From the IMG/VR virus record IMGVR_UViG_2871731064_000001: 64,000 nucleotides of DNA; one strand, written 5' to 3'. Shown here one piece after another: positions 44,233 through 54,269 of the stretch. The notes under the pieces are model-generated. The model saw only the letters and a list, made by a program, of their open reading frames with translations, did no database searches and was not told where the DNA came from. The translations under genes and the position numbers were made by a program. The stretch's first letter is position 1. Every line of letters begins with the position of its first letter. This DNA comes from an uncultured virus (IMG/VR IMGVR_UViG_2871731064_000001) (lineage: Duplodnaviria; Heunggongvirae; Uroviricota; Caudoviricetes).

Positions 44233-44708
44233 TACTGCTCTCCGTCTTTGATGAAGGTAAACCAGTGCGTTAAACCACGCTTCCCGCTGATGTGGCCAAA
44301 CAGGGGTTTCTGGTCAGTCAGTGCCAGAATGTCCCGCGCCAGGATCTGCGTTTCATTCCATTTAAAAATCAGCAGGCCGTTCGGGCGCAGCACGCGGAAG
44401 GCCTCAGCAAATCCGGCGCGCAGATCGTTGCGCCAGGTTCCGCGATTGAGCACTCCATATTTAAGGCGTTGCCAGCCCTTTTCGCCTGCCCGCTCCAGAT
44501 GCGGCGGGTCAAAGGCAATCACATAAAATGAGTTATCCGGGAACGGTAAAGATCGGAAGTCGGCAATCACGTCCGGGCTGATAACCAGCTTACGGTCGGG
44601 CAGCTGGTGGGTTTCTTCCCGGATATCGGAATACAGTACGCGGGGATCGGCTTTATCGAACCACATCATGCGCGGACCACAGCACATATCTAATACGGCC
44701 TTATCCAT
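44232..44708 (-). CDS. Small class I SAM-dependent (probably DNA N6/N4) methyltransferase
   Basis: LDMCCG.RM.WFDK, FDPPHL, FRVL.P.G.LIFKW. Confidence 0.85.
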   Translation of the reverse strand: MDKAVLDMCCGPRMMWFDKADPRVLYSDIREETHQLPDRKLVISPDVIADFRSLPFPDNSFYVIAFDPPHLERAGEKGWQRLKYGVLNRGTWRNDLRAGFAEAFRVLRPNGLLIFKWNETQILARDILALTDQKPLFGHISGKRGLTHWFTFIKDGEQ

Positions 44709-45348
44709 GCGCACGCGCCCCTTCACACTGCCAGTCGGCGCAGCCTTCAAAATCATACGGATTGAGTTGCCAGTGAATGCGGCCGCATCCAGGGCAGTTG
44801 AAACGAATCTTTCCAGTACCGGGTTTGCGGCGGCGGGCGCGGCTGATGTGTGCCGGTACTCGCAGGCCAGCATCCTGCACCATGCGACGATGATCCAGCA
44901 TGGCGATGGGGAACGTGCGGCGTTTAGCAGCATCAGCCGTGGCGAACGGTAGCCAGACAAGTCCAGCAGTGTCTCCAGGCCTATCGAAAGTGGCCGCTTG
45001 TGTGAAGTCGGTCGTCGGCAGTCCGCCGTCGCGCAGCCAGTAAAGATCATTGCCGTCCCAGCGCCCTTTCTGAAAGGCAACATACTGGCTGCAGCCAGGG
45101 GTAATGATCGACTCGCCGGGTACATGCTGGTGGTCAACGTGAACAACGGCCAGTGCATCCACGCTGTCAGCGCAAACGGGTTGATCGATATCCCGGCCTG
45201 TATTCCACCGGCTCTGTGCTTCCGCCAGGGTAAAAACGTGCGCTTTGTCGATATTGGTGTGATAGCCATGACCATTCTGGCACCAGAAAGAGGCATTACT
45301 GCCTACCGTATCCCTGGTGCAGATCATGTAAAAACGGTCAGTCATCAC
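44701..45348 (-). CDS. Hypothetical phage protein with a C-terminal Cys cluster
   Basis: RD.VG.N..FW…G.GY.T.ID.AH; NCPGCG. Confidence 0.7.
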   Translation of the reverse strand: MMTDRFYMICTRDTVGSNASFWCQNGHGYHTNIDKAHVFTLAEAQSRWNTGRDIDQPVCADSVDALAVVHVDHQHVPGESIITPGCSQYVAFQKGRWDGNDLYWLRDGGLPTTDFTQAATFDRPGDTAGLVWLPFATADAAKRRTFPIAMLDHRRMVQDAGLRVPAHISRARRRKPGTGKIRFNCPGCGRIHWQLNPYDFEGCADWQCEGARAHG

Positions 45349-45548
45349 GCATCACCGCTATCACGATTGAAGGCAATAACTACACGGTTAGCCGCATCCA
45401 CAATGGCAGCGAACTGTACGTTATTCGCTTTGGCATGAGGTGATTGTCTTGCGATTTCAGCGATTAAAGCGCTGATAAGAAACGGCTGGCTCAAATTGAG
45501 GGATTTAGTAGTGCCGGTCATGTGTAATATTCCAGTGGTTAATTCCAC
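45345..45548 (-). CDS. Hypothetical protein (start uncertain)
   Basis: Overlaps the next start; operator-like ATTCTAA upstream. Confidence 0.45.
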   Translation of the reverse strand: MELTTGILHMTGTTKSLNLSQPFLISALIAEIARQSPHAKANNVQFAAIVDAANRVVIAFNRDSGDA

Positions 45549-46021
45549 GCTGGAGTTTATTACATTCTAAAATTTATTTAAATTTAATCTTATGCTCACT
45601 TTGAGCGGTGGCAAATGAAGCCTGCTGGCTCAGAGAGCAGCCAGCAGGTCATCAGGCAGGTAGAAACTTAAAGCGAATGCAGGTTAATTGAGTGAGTCTG
45701 ATTTAGTTATGCAGGCATCAAATGCGCGCAACATCGCAGGCAATCTGTACAATGTAGTGACAGTTACCAGCGCCAGTACTGCAAAGAAAAGTGTCATTAA
45801 AACAAAAGCGAAGTTTGCTGTGTCAGTCATATCCGTACAACTCCAAGCCAGAAAAATATTAACGCATTTCATGAATTTATGCGTTTTCGGTTTTTTCTGA
45901 TTGTATGCACACTCTAAGAGTCGATCAAGAAGTGATCAGCGCCACTACTAAAAGTAGTGGTACTAATCCTGCTTAAATCACACTTAAGCTAAATTACTGA
46001 TATTTTTTAACTTATCGCAAG

Positions 46022-47287
46022 TTATTTCATCTTTACGACGGGTAGCTCTTCCCAGCGCGTCAGATAGCGCGGAGAGAGCATTTCCCGCTTCATCTGGTAG
46101 GCCGGATTAACGCCCTGACCGGCAATAAACAGCGTGCCGCGCTGATAGCTGTTCAGCTTGTCCATCACGGCCATCAGTTTATCGCTGCCGGGTCGCGGCG
46201 GAGCCTCGTCAAACAGGTTCAGCTGCTGCTCTGAACCGCAGAACTCCCCCAGCATCACTCCGGCCTTCGCATACTCATAGCCGTCGCGCCAGATAGCTCT
46301 GAGGCCGCGCACGGCGGCATCAATCAGATCGCGGGTATCCTGTGTGGCCGTCGTAAATGAATGGCTGGCACCGCGTGAGTAATACGGGCGGCGCGGGTCG
46401 TGTTTGCTGGTCTGAATGAATACGGTGATATTCCGGCAGTACTGCTTTTCACGCCGCAGCTTTTCACCGGCGCTGGTGGCAAAGAAGCAAACCGCGTTAC
46501 TCACTTCATCCAGGCTGGTGAGGCGCTTGCCGAACGAACGGCTCACCACCAGCTGCTGCTTAGTCGGCGGGTTCTCTTCGAGCTCGAAACAGCGTTCGCC
46601 GCGCAGCTCCCGCACGGTGCGCTCCAGCATCACGTTGAAGTTTTTGCGGATCATGGTTGTGTCAGCACGGGCAAGGTCGAGCATCGTTTTGATGTTCATC
46701 AGCTGCAGCCTGGCCCCTATCTTTCTGCCGACGCCCCACGTTTCGGAGACGTCGAGCAACGATAGCAGCTTGTCGCGCCGTTTCGGGTCGGTCAGCACCA
46801 CCACGCCGCCTGTTTTAGGCCAGGTCTTTGCTGCGTGCGTGGCTACCTTACAGAGCGTCTTTGTCTCTGCTATCCCTATGCCGCATTTCATCGTGGTGTG
46901 CTGGATTACGGTGCGCCTGATCTCTTCCCCGAAGGTCTGGAAGTCCACCAGCTTTTCCATGCCGTCCAGAGAGCCGAAAACCTCGTCAATCGAGTACGCT
47001 TCCAGGTTCGGAACGTATTCACCCACTATCGTATGGAAACGCTTGCTGAATGCGTCATACAGCGTGTAGTTGCTGCTGAACACCACCACGCCGTAGCGCC
47101 GAATGGTATCGCGGATTTTAAACAGCGGATCGCCCCGCTTAAGGCCCACATTCTTTGCTTCGCGGTTCAGCGCCGCGATACAGCCGTCGTTGTTCGTCGC
47201 CACCACGACAGGACGCCCGTGCAGGTCCGGCCTGAATGCCAGCTCCGCCGACACGTAGAATGCGTTAACGTCACTGTGCAGGAACAT
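46022..47287 (-). CDS. umuC: Second UmuC (Pol V)
   Basis: DVNAFY, NNDGC, YSIDE, LSPRYLT. Confidence 0.95.
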   Translation of the reverse strand: MFLHSDVNAFYVSAELAFRPDLHGRPVVVATNNDGCIAALNREAKNVGLKRGDPLFKIRDTIRRYGVVVFSSNYTLYDAFSKRFHTIVGEYVPNLEAYSIDEVFGSLDGMEKLVDFQTFGEEIRRTVIQHTTMKCGIGIAETKTLCKVATHAAKTWPKTGGVVVLTDPKRRDKLLSLLDVSETWGVGRKIGARLQLMNIKTMLDLARADTTMIRKNFNVMLERTVRELRGERCFELEENPPTKQQLVVSRSFGKRLTSLDEVSNAVCFFATSAGEKLRREKQYCRNITVFIQTSKHDPRRPYYSRGASHSFTTATQDTRDLIDAAVRGLRAIWRDGYEYAKAGVMLGEFCGSEQQLNLFDEAPPRPGSDKLMAVMDKLNSYQRGTLFIAGQGVNPAYQMKREMLSPRYLTRWEELPVVKMK

Positions 47288-47711
47288 TGTCAGTACGGTG
47301 GATGACGTATGTCACCACCCCCCATATTTCCAGACCATCAGGCTCGACAGGGATCGGCTTATAGCGCGGGTTCATAGCCAGCAGCATCGGCACCGGCCTC
47401 AGCTGCAGCTTTTTTACCGTAAACTCCCCGTCCACAGAGGCAATCACGATCTGGCCGTCTGCCGCCGCCTTCGATTTATCCACCACCAGCAGATCGCCGT
47501 CAAAAATACCGGCCCCGATCATCGACTCACCCTCACAGCGGACGAAGTAAGTCGCTGTCTTTGCCCTCACACAATACTCGTTTAGGTCCAGTGGTGTGTC
47601 TTCATATCCAATGGCCGGAGACGGGAACCCCGCCGCCACTGTTTCAAGAAATTGCCTGAAAGCCTGACGCGGCGCGGCTTCATCTGGTATTGCTATTATT
47701 TTTAAGCGCAT
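47271..47711 (-). CDS. umuD: Full-length UmuD
   Basis: VAAGFPSPA cleavage site; GESM catalytic Ser and FTVKKL catalytic Lys. Confidence 0.95.
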   Translation of the reverse strand: MRLKIIAIPDEAAPRQAFRQFLETVAAGFPSPAIGYEDTPLDLNEYCVRAKTATYFVRCEGESMIGAGIFDGDLLVVDKSKAAADGQIVIASVDGEFTVKKLQLRPVPMLLAMNPRYKPIPVEPDGLEIWGVVTYVIHRTDNVPAQ

Positions 47712-47729
47712 AATGACCCCTCCTTTTCA

Positions 47730-47745
47730 CTGTATAAAAATACAG
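47730..47745. promoter_or_regulatory. LexA (SOS) box
   Basis: CTGTATAAAAATACAG directly upstream of umuD. Confidence 0.85.
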
Positions 47746-47829
47746 TATAAGATTAGGAGTATGGAATTGACCAGTGGGTGATTTCATATCAGAATAGGTC
47801 CACTCTAAAATTTTAAGAATTTCCCCATT

Positions 47830-48045
47830 ATGAATTTAGGTTTGAAGCAGATCGAACTGGATAAGATGCGCGGCATCTGGAAGGCAAAAGGGTTTGTGGA
47901 AGCAGGCAGGACTGAACCGCTGCGCATCAACCGCACCGACTGCTACATTACATTTCAGCGCAAAAACTGGGTGTGCAAAGACCTGAAAGGAAACACCATC
48001 GACAGCAGAGCAATGCTTTATGCTTTACTAAAAAATAATATTTGA
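47830..48045 (+). CDS. Hypothetical protein
   Basis: 71-aa ORF followed by a terminator at about 48090-48117. Confidence 0.5.
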   Translation: MNLGLKQIELDKMRGIWKAKGFVEAGRTEPLRINRTDCYITFQRKNWVCKDLKGNTIDSRAMLYALLKNNI

Positions 48046-48182
48046 TCGACTAAAGTACGGCTTAAATAAACCACTTTCCTTTTCATTTGAACAGCCCCTT
48101 GAGGGCTGTTTTTTTTATGGATCTCACTGAAGAACTGATTAATATTACCGATATAAAATTACGCTCACTATCGGGATAAAAA

Positions 48183-48893
48183 ATGGACTTCTTGGATAAA
48201 GAGTTGCTTGAACCTCTTGGGCTTGAGGTCAAGGATGCTGTTAAGGACGTACTTTATAACCACCTGACTAAAGACAAAAAACCTGTAGAAAATCTTGCCA
48301 TTTTATTTATGGCAGGCTCTCCGGCTGCTGGTAAAACAGAACTCATTAATAACACTATTAAGAGCACCAGCATGGCTAATTTTGTCAGAATTGATGCTGA
48401 TGATTTTCGCTGGTGGTTTCCATACTACAACGAGAAAAACTCAGTCTGCTTCCAAAAACCTGCTTCAAAGCTAGTGGACGTCATTTTTAAAAAATCGCTC
48501 AAAGATCGTTATCAGGTCATTATGGATTCGACGTTCGCCAGTAAGGGCATTGCGGAGCAAAACTTTGATGCTGCGTTGAAAGCTAACTACGCAATTGTCT
48601 TAAATTATGTCTACCTTGATCCTGCAGTAGCATGGGTATATGCACAAGAAAGGACTCGCGTAGTGCCACTTGATGTACTCAAAAGAAACTTTATCGCTGG
48701 TAGAGAGGTTATTGAGCATGTGCTTGAAAAGTATGAAGGACGGTTCACGCTGAATGTATTCCTTCGGCAGGTGGACTCTAACTCTCCTTCAGGCTTCACA
48801 GTGACGCAAATAAAGAATGTGACTAAAGCAACATGGTCTACATCTCATAGCTGTCCGTATAAGAGCATTGAAGACTTGGCGCACCTAAGTTGA
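48183..48893 (+). CDS. Zeta-toxin family P-loop kinase
   Basis: FMAGSPAAGKTE, RIDADDFR, IMDSTFA. Confidence 0.8.
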   Translation: MDFLDKELLEPLGLEVKDAVKDVLYNHLTKDKKPVENLAILFMAGSPAAGKTELINNTIKSTSMANFVRIDADDFRWWFPYYNEKNSVCFQKPASKLVDVIFKKSLKDRYQVIMDSTFASKGIAEQNFDAALKANYAIVLNYVYLDPAVAWVYAQERTRVVPLDVLKRNFIAGREVIEHVLEKYEGRFTLNVFLRQVDSNSPSGFTVTQIKNVTKATWSTSHSCPYKSIEDLAHLS

Positions 48894-48943
48894 ACGCCCG
48901 CCATACATAGGCGTATAATTAGTAGCCAGCAATAGGAGTTTAT

Positions 48944-49696
48944 ATGTCATTTGAATCTGCAGCCCCTGCCACCGATGAATTTTCAATCCTGGACCTTTTC
49001 GGACCGGAGGCCTCACCGCAGGCGCAGCTCCTCGTTCAGGAAGCAGCTGATCGTTCAATGGATGAAATGGCAGAAGTGATTAATGCAGCTAAGGCACGAG
49101 ACGGCTCTCAGGATTCAGGTGTAAAGGCTTTATTAGCTGAACAGATTGATTTTGTCCCATATCACACTATCGGCCATGCTAATCCGTTAGTATCTAGCAT
49201 GCTTCAGAACGCTCAGGACCTTCAGGAAGAAATAGATAATCTACTTAATCCGACGAGGGACGGTTATAAGGCTGGTTTTGGCTTTATAAAGCCTCCGTAT
49301 CCGGTGTTTCCATTTTCGCCAGAAATAACTCGACGTGGCGTTCATGTTAATGAAGAAGCGAACGTAACTGCCAGAGTAATTGGCCGATTAAGTCCTGAAG
49401 TTTTTGCACAATTCGTTAGAATGCGGGACTCAACAGGATCCTTATCCACAAGGCTCGATATTGCAGCTAAAGAGTCTTTACTTTCGCAGTTAGCGCATCA
49501 GCTTACGCTTGCTATGGCCGAAGGTGTGAATCTTAGTAATGCCAGCATTGTGTTGAATAAGCAAAATCCTACAACTAAGCGTATTGAATCAGTGACTATT
49601 CATGCTGAGGGGGATGATAACGACCGCCCGGATGAAAGTGAACGCCATGATTTAGAATGGATGTTGCGTCGTGCGTACGCGCCTCGACATGAATAA
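48944..49696 (+). CDS. Hypothetical protein downstream of the zeta gene
   Basis: AGGAG RBS; own TTGAAC-N18-TATAAT promoter. Confidence 0.75.
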   Translation: MSFESAAPATDEFSILDLFGPEASPQAQLLVQEAADRSMDEMAEVINAAKARDGSQDSGVKALLAEQIDFVPYHTIGHANPLVSSMLQNAQDLQEEIDNLLNPTRDGYKAGFGFIKPPYPVFPFSPEITRRGVHVNEEANVTARVIGRLSPEVFAQFVRMRDSTGSLSTRLDIAAKESLLSQLAHQLTLAMAEGVNLSNASIVLNKQNPTTKRIESVTIHAEGDDNDRPDESERHDLEWMLRRAYAPRHE

Positions 49697-49749
49697 CATC
49701 AAGAAGTAATAACACTAAAAAAGCCGCTGATTAGCGGCTTTTTTAATGT

Positions 49750-49973
49750 GTTAGTCTACTCATGGTGCGCGTTAGTCTATTCATGGCGTTCAGTGCCTGA
49801 AAACATCCAGCGTTAGTCTATTCATGGTGTAATGCGTTTTTGACCTGCTGAGTGCCGACAAATCACTCAATTTCCGTGAAATTGCCATGAATAGACTAAC
49901 GCCACCCATGAATCACCTAACGTTAGGCCTGCGCTACCGGTTTTCACCTAACGTTCACCATGAATCACCTAAC
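49750..49973. repeat. incA-like copy-control iterons
   Basis: CCATGAATAGACTAAC-type repeats in both orientations downstream of repA. Confidence 0.85.
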
Positions 49974-49974
49974 G

Positions 49975-50859
49975 TCATTCGACAGGTAACAGCTCTGGGC
50001 GACGCGAATGGATCTGGAAGTACACTACCCCATCTTTCTTCACTTCTGAGTAGGTCAGATAGCCTATCTTCTGTAGCTCCTTCATAGCGTTTCTTACCGC
50101 TAAATTTTGAGCACTAACGCTGGACGTCAGATTAAGTCGCTCCCGCAATCGCTCCAGTGATATCTGTATGAATCCGTTAGGCATACTCTCAATATATACA
50201 TAGAGCGCCTGGGCTGATTCCTTGCGTGGTAGTGCCTGTATAGCTTTTAGCTGCAATAAGACTTTATGATCGAATGCGTACAGCTCCCATAGCCTGGAGT
50301 CGCCCTCAAGCGAGATAATGTCTTTCTCAATGTCGAACGTTGCGCTTTGAAGCAAGTGGGTGATTGTAGCTTTACTGCCATCTTTGTTTTTGAAGGAAAC
50401 AACAATGGATGCGATGCGATTAAGTGACGCAAAAAAACGATCGCGTGAACGCTGGTTGATATCGTCTACGGCAATCCCGGTAAGTTTGGCAAATTCAGTG
50501 AAAGGCAACTCTATCCTGTTGGAGTGATCGCCATACTTAGAGAACGCCCGGATAGCGCCTATCCAAGTCTTGAAATCCGTACTCATATCGAGGCGACTGC
50601 CACGAATAGTAATATTTGTGTAACCCTCTGCTTTTGCTATCTCTAACTCGCGCAAGTCTTCTGAAGCATCAATAGTAGAGTTACCACGTCCTGTAGTGGG
50701 CTTATTTTTGGCGGATGGAACAAAGACTCCCAAGCGCATCAAGGCTATTGGCTGGACGGTTCTGTTAGCCGTTGGTGTCAGTGTATAAGTCTTCCCTTCT
50801 TCACCACCAACAAATGACAAGGCATCACTTATTGTCTTGATTTGATTACCATTTTCCAT
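49975..50859 (-). CDS. repA: Plasmid replication initiator, P1 RepA family
   Basis: TVQPIALMRLGVFVP, RLDMSTDFKTW, KESAQALY. Confidence 0.93.
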   Translation of the reverse strand: MENGNQIKTISDALSFVGGEEGKTYTLTPTANRTVQPIALMRLGVFVPSAKNKPTTGRGNSTIDASEDLRELEIAKAEGYTNITIRGSRLDMSTDFKTWIGAIRAFSKYGDHSNRIELPFTEFAKLTGIAVDDINQRSRDRFFASLNRIASIVVSFKNKDGSKATITHLLQSATFDIEKDIISLEGDSRLWELYAFDHKVLLQLKAIQALPRKESAQALYVYIESMPNGFIQISLERLRERLNLTSSVSAQNLAVRNAMKELQKIGYLTYSEVKKDGVVYFQIHSRRPELLPVE

Positions 50860-50902
50860 TGATATCGCCTGAACGTAGTAATGTGAATATTTATGACCGC
50901 CA

Positions 50903-51122
50903 CCATGAATAGACTAACACCCTACCATGAATAAACTAACAATTACCATGAACAGACTAACACTCAACATGAATAGACTAACTTCTACCATGAATAGACT
51001 AATGTAAAACCCACTTTTTACTATTTAATTCAGCAAGTTGAAAGCAAGGTGATCTCTTAGGATCTATTTATGATCTCTATATGATCGATTTATATGATCT
51101 ATCCAGTGGATAAGTGGATAAC
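50903..51122. repeat. Plasmid origin oriR: five iterons, GATC cluster and two DnaA boxes
   Basis: CATGAATAGACTAAC-type repeats at 50904, 50926, 50947, 50968 and 50989; five GATC at 51051-51099; GTGGATAAGTGGATAA. Confidence 0.9.
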
Positions 51123-51231
51123 CTGCCGTGATGATTAACTAAGTGCCATAACCAGTGGACAATTACGGATTGCTTTACAGATTCCGCGAGGTGATCAACA
51201 ATCTAAAAAATATTTTAGAATTGGTTAAATC

Positions 51232-51891
51232 ATGGAAAGCACAGATTTTCAGGCCGCACGGGAAAAACAGGCAAGAGCACAGCAGCGCCAGCGAGAAAAA
51301 CACGCAGCAAAACTGGCAGACCCGGAGTTTCGGCAGCAGCAGTACGCAAAGCAGAAAGCCAACAATAGCAGGATGCTTGCCAGGCAGATTGAAAAACGTA
51401 ATTCCCCTAACTGGATTGCAGAGCAAAAAGCTAAAGCAGTAAAACGCGCTGTAAGCGTCTCTGAGCGCCTGAAAGACAAAAAGCCAGCACCAGTGGCAGC
51501 GAAGCGGCAAACACGCGCCAGCGCGTCCGGAAGAGGCCTTAAAGGGCGCACACCGACTGCAGCCGAACGCGTTGTTATGGATGCACTGGGGAAACTGCCC
51601 TGCATTGCTTGCATGCAACACGGTAAAGAATCGTTACTAATCAGCCTGCATCACATCGAGGGCCGGACTAAACCCGGCGCACATCTGCTGCAACTTCCCC
51701 TTTGCGATCCGCACCACCAGCACGCTGCACCGGCAAAGATTCGCGCAGAGTTCCCCTGGCTGGTACCGGTACATGCGGACGGCATTACGGGCGGCAAGGC
51801 TGAGTTCTCCCGGCATAACGGCACTGAACAGGAATTGATGATCAAAGCCTATGCGCTTGCGGGCATAACGCACTTACTACCAACCCTGTAA
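51232..51891 (+). CDS. ref: Ref recombination-enhancement HNH nuclease
   Basis: GLKGRTPTA.ER, LPCIAC, SLHHI.GRT.PGAH, LPLC..HHQ; TCTAA-N8-TTAGA upstream. Confidence 0.9.
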   Translation: MESTDFQAAREKQARAQQRQREKHAAKLADPEFRQQQYAKQKANNSRMLARQIEKRNSPNWIAEQKAKAVKRAVSVSERLKDKKPAPVAAKRQTRASASGRGLKGRTPTAAERVVMDALGKLPCIACMQHGKESLLISLHHIEGRTKPGAHLLQLPLCDPHHQHAAPAKIRAEFPWLVPVHADGITGGKAEFSRHNGTEQELMIKAYALAGITHLLPTL

Positions 51892-51926
51892 TTTATTTTT
51901 ATTTTTCGCTTGACCCGTAACTATGC

Positions 51927-51947
51927 AAATTACAAACCGCTTACAGT
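51927..51947 (+). promoter_or_regulatory. Putative late promoter for the mat/tail operon
   Basis: AAATTACA-N7-TACAGT. Confidence 0.7.
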
Positions 51948-52076
51948 CGCCCCAAGCTGTTAGCGGTTCCCTGATGGAATTTTTGACAACTTACCTAATC
52001 TGCAACGCGCGGTTGGGAACGTTAAAAGCCAGAGAGGCCGCTATATGCGGCCTTTCGCCTTTTCAGGGGTACAGAT

Positions 52077-52730
52077 GTGAAACAGAAAATCGCAGTAATC
52101 AGCCTTTCAACCAATCTGCCGATGGCGATCACCGCCATTTACGAAGAGCACACGCTCGTTATGTCAAAGCCGCAGACGCTGCCAAAGGGCATGCGAAAGC
52201 AACTGGCCAAACTCGCCCCTTACGTTGAAGCACTGCGCAAACAGGGCTTTAAGGTGCTGGTGGATGAAGCCACCGGCAAAGTGGCCAACGAAGTCGGCGG
52301 CAACCATATCTCACTCAAAACGCGGGGAAGCGACGGGCGCGCAGCGGTGCTAATTGGCATCGAGCGTTATAACGAGCTCCTGCTACAGGACAACATTGCG
52401 CTGCCAGCAGAGAACAAAGGCGCATTTGAGATTCCTGACTCCATCGTTGAGATGGAATACAACGCCAGCGGTGAAGAAGTCTACCGAATCAACTGGCGCG
52501 AGATTCGCCCGGAGCAGGTGCTGACCATCCTTTGCTGCTTCGCCGTGGGCTACAACAACGTGGCATCGGCGGATTATATCAACGCCATGACCGCCGCAAC
52601 CGCAGAGCCAGAGCCGTCTCTAATGGACTCGCTTAAACGCATCATCGGCTATGAAAAAATCAAAGCCGCTGAAGCCGTACCGGAGTCGCTGACCGGCAAG
52701 CGAATCAGTGACGAGGAACGTATCCTGTGA
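52077..52730 (+). CDS. Probable particle maturation protein, P1 Mat-like
   Basis: Follows ref as mat does in P1; late promoter motif upstream. Confidence 0.5.
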   Translation: MKQKIAVISLSTNLPMAITAIYEEHTLVMSKPQTLPKGMRKQLAKLAPYVEALRKQGFKVLVDEATGKVANEVGGNHISLKTRGSDGRAAVLIGIERYNELLLQDNIALPAENKGAFEIPDSIVEMEYNASGEEVYRINWREIRPEQVLTILCCFAVGYNNVASADYINAMTAATAEPEPSLMDSLKRIIGYEKIKAAEAVPESLTGKRISDEERIL

Positions 52731-53059
52731 GTTATAACCGCCTCGACGATCGCTCAATCAGTGACGTGGTGCTACGCAGCCTCTTCCATCAGGAAGTGAT
52801 CAAGCGATCCGCCTCCTTCCACGAAGACAACCGCGACTACACCATCCGTCTTGACGAGATATTCCGCGCTGACCTGGCGGCATACCGCGCCTATGAAGGT
52901 AATGACGATCTGCGCTGGGTATTCCGTCTGTTATGCGGGATAGAGTCAGAAATGGAGCCGCTGCCAGCAGGCCAGACGCTTTCTCTGCCCGATATGGCGT
53001 GGCTGCGCGGGCGCATACGCGACTTTGCTGGTGGCAAGCCGGAGCTAATCAGTGGCTGA
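52727..53059 (+). CDS. Baseplate protein, P1 gp26-like
   Basis: RADLAAYRAY…LRW LysM-like pattern; synteny. Confidence 0.65.
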   Translation: MSYNRLDDRSISDVVLRSLFHQEVIKRSASFHEDNRDYTIRLDEIFRADLAAYRAYEGNDDLRWVFRLLCGIESEMEPLPAGQTLSLPDMAWLRGRIRDFAGGKPELISG

Positions 53060-54269
53060 TACTCCGTTTGCCCGCACACGGTCCGGGCGCTACGACACGG
53101 CAGGGCTTTCCTCCAAAGAGTTCTCCCGCGTCTTTGACCAGATTGATAAAGACCGCCGTAAATCCCGGCGCATAGCGCGGCGCACGCTCAACCCGCTGAC
53201 CCTGAAGAACAAGGCGCTGGACGACATTATCGCCCTGGGCAAAAAGAAGTCCGGCACGTTCTTCACGAAAGAGGATCTGAAAGGGTTCGAAGCAAATCGC
53301 GCCGGCGCCCGCCAGCAGTTCAATTCTTCACAGGCCGGTATCACGTATGCACAGCTGGTGGCCGGTAGTCAGCAGATCGACATTAAGCGCGCCAACAACC
53401 GGGTAGACGACGGATCCGGCATTAAGCGCGCCACGCCCACGACGCTTAAACATAACGTCCTGACTGTCAGCGTGGAGGCGTCCGCCGCCTCGCTCGATAA
53501 GCATCACCGCGTGAAATTCCGCTTTGAAGAGTGGGATCAGCTGCTAGAGGAAATCACCGATGCCAAAGACAGCGCAGCCAAAATTGCCAAGCGACTCTGC
53601 GCTGGCCGCGTCTCTTTTGATTGCGATTGTGGCCGTCACCAGTACTGGTATCGCTACATCGCCACGGCAGGCAACTTCGCCCTTGCCCCGCCAAAAGAGT
53701 ATGCCTACCCCAAAGAGAAAAACCCGAACCTGAAAGGCGTCGCCTGTAAGCACGTCATTCACGCTTTCACCCGTCTGCAATCCGCCTCATGGCAGGTGCG
53801 CATCGGCCAGGCACTGCATAAAAGCGCCGGTAACAACGCCTATGGCGATGATCCGCGCAAAACCACTGAGCACTTCACTGACGCCGACAAAGCGAAGTTC
53901 AACCGCAACCGTAGTTCGCAGACGAACGTCGCCGCTGTTAAGCGTGAGCATGAGAAGTATCAGAAGCGCATGGGCGCGCTGGCGAAGCGCCTGGACAACG
54001 ACGATGGGCGGATCGACAAACTGCGCGGCCAGCTGACCCGTGCCAAGAAGCTGACCGCAGCGCAGCGCACCCGCGCCGCGAAGAAGCAGGCGGAGCTGGC
54101 GGACGAAAAGGCCAAAAACGCCCTTCTGCGTCAGCAGCTGGCAGACCAGGCGAAGATCCAGCGCCAGACGTTCATTGACGCCCTGGTGCTGAGCGGCACG
54201 CCCCGCGCCCAGGCCGAGAAGATGTTTATTGAATACGCAAAAAACCAGACAAAAGCAGGTAATCAGTAA
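53052..54269 (+). CDS. P1 gp25-like tail protein with a SWIM-like Cys/His motif
   Basis: FDCDCGRHQYWYRY…ACKH; synteny. Confidence 0.65.
   Translation: MADTPFARTRSGRYDTAGLSSKEFSRVFDQIDKDRRKSRRIARRTLNPLTLKNKALDDIIALGKKKSGTFFTKEDLKGFEANRAGARQQFNSSQAGITYAQLVAGSQQIDIKRANNRVDDGSGIKRATPTTLKHNVLTVSVEASAASLDKHHRVKFRFEEWDQLLEEITDAKDSAAKIAKRLCAGRVSFDCDCGRHQYWYRYIATAGNFALAPPKEYAYPKEKNPNLKGVACKHVIHAFTRLQSASWQVRIGQALHKSAGNNAYGDDPRKTTEHFTDADKAKFNRNRSSQTNVAAVKREHEKYQKRMGALAKRLDNDDGRIDKLRGQLTRAKKLTAAQRTRAAKKQAELADEKAKNALLRQQLADQAKIQRQTFIDALVLSGTPRAQAEKMFIEYAKNQTKAGNQ

Noticed and set aside
44709..45296. N-terminal extension of the 354-aa ORF 44232-45296
   Set aside because: Overlaps the better 44701-45348 gene; the methyltransferase motifs begin at the ATG at 44708
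49750..51003. CRISPR array
   Set aside because: Repeats are about 16 bp with very short spacers and flank repA, so they are iterons; no cas genes are present
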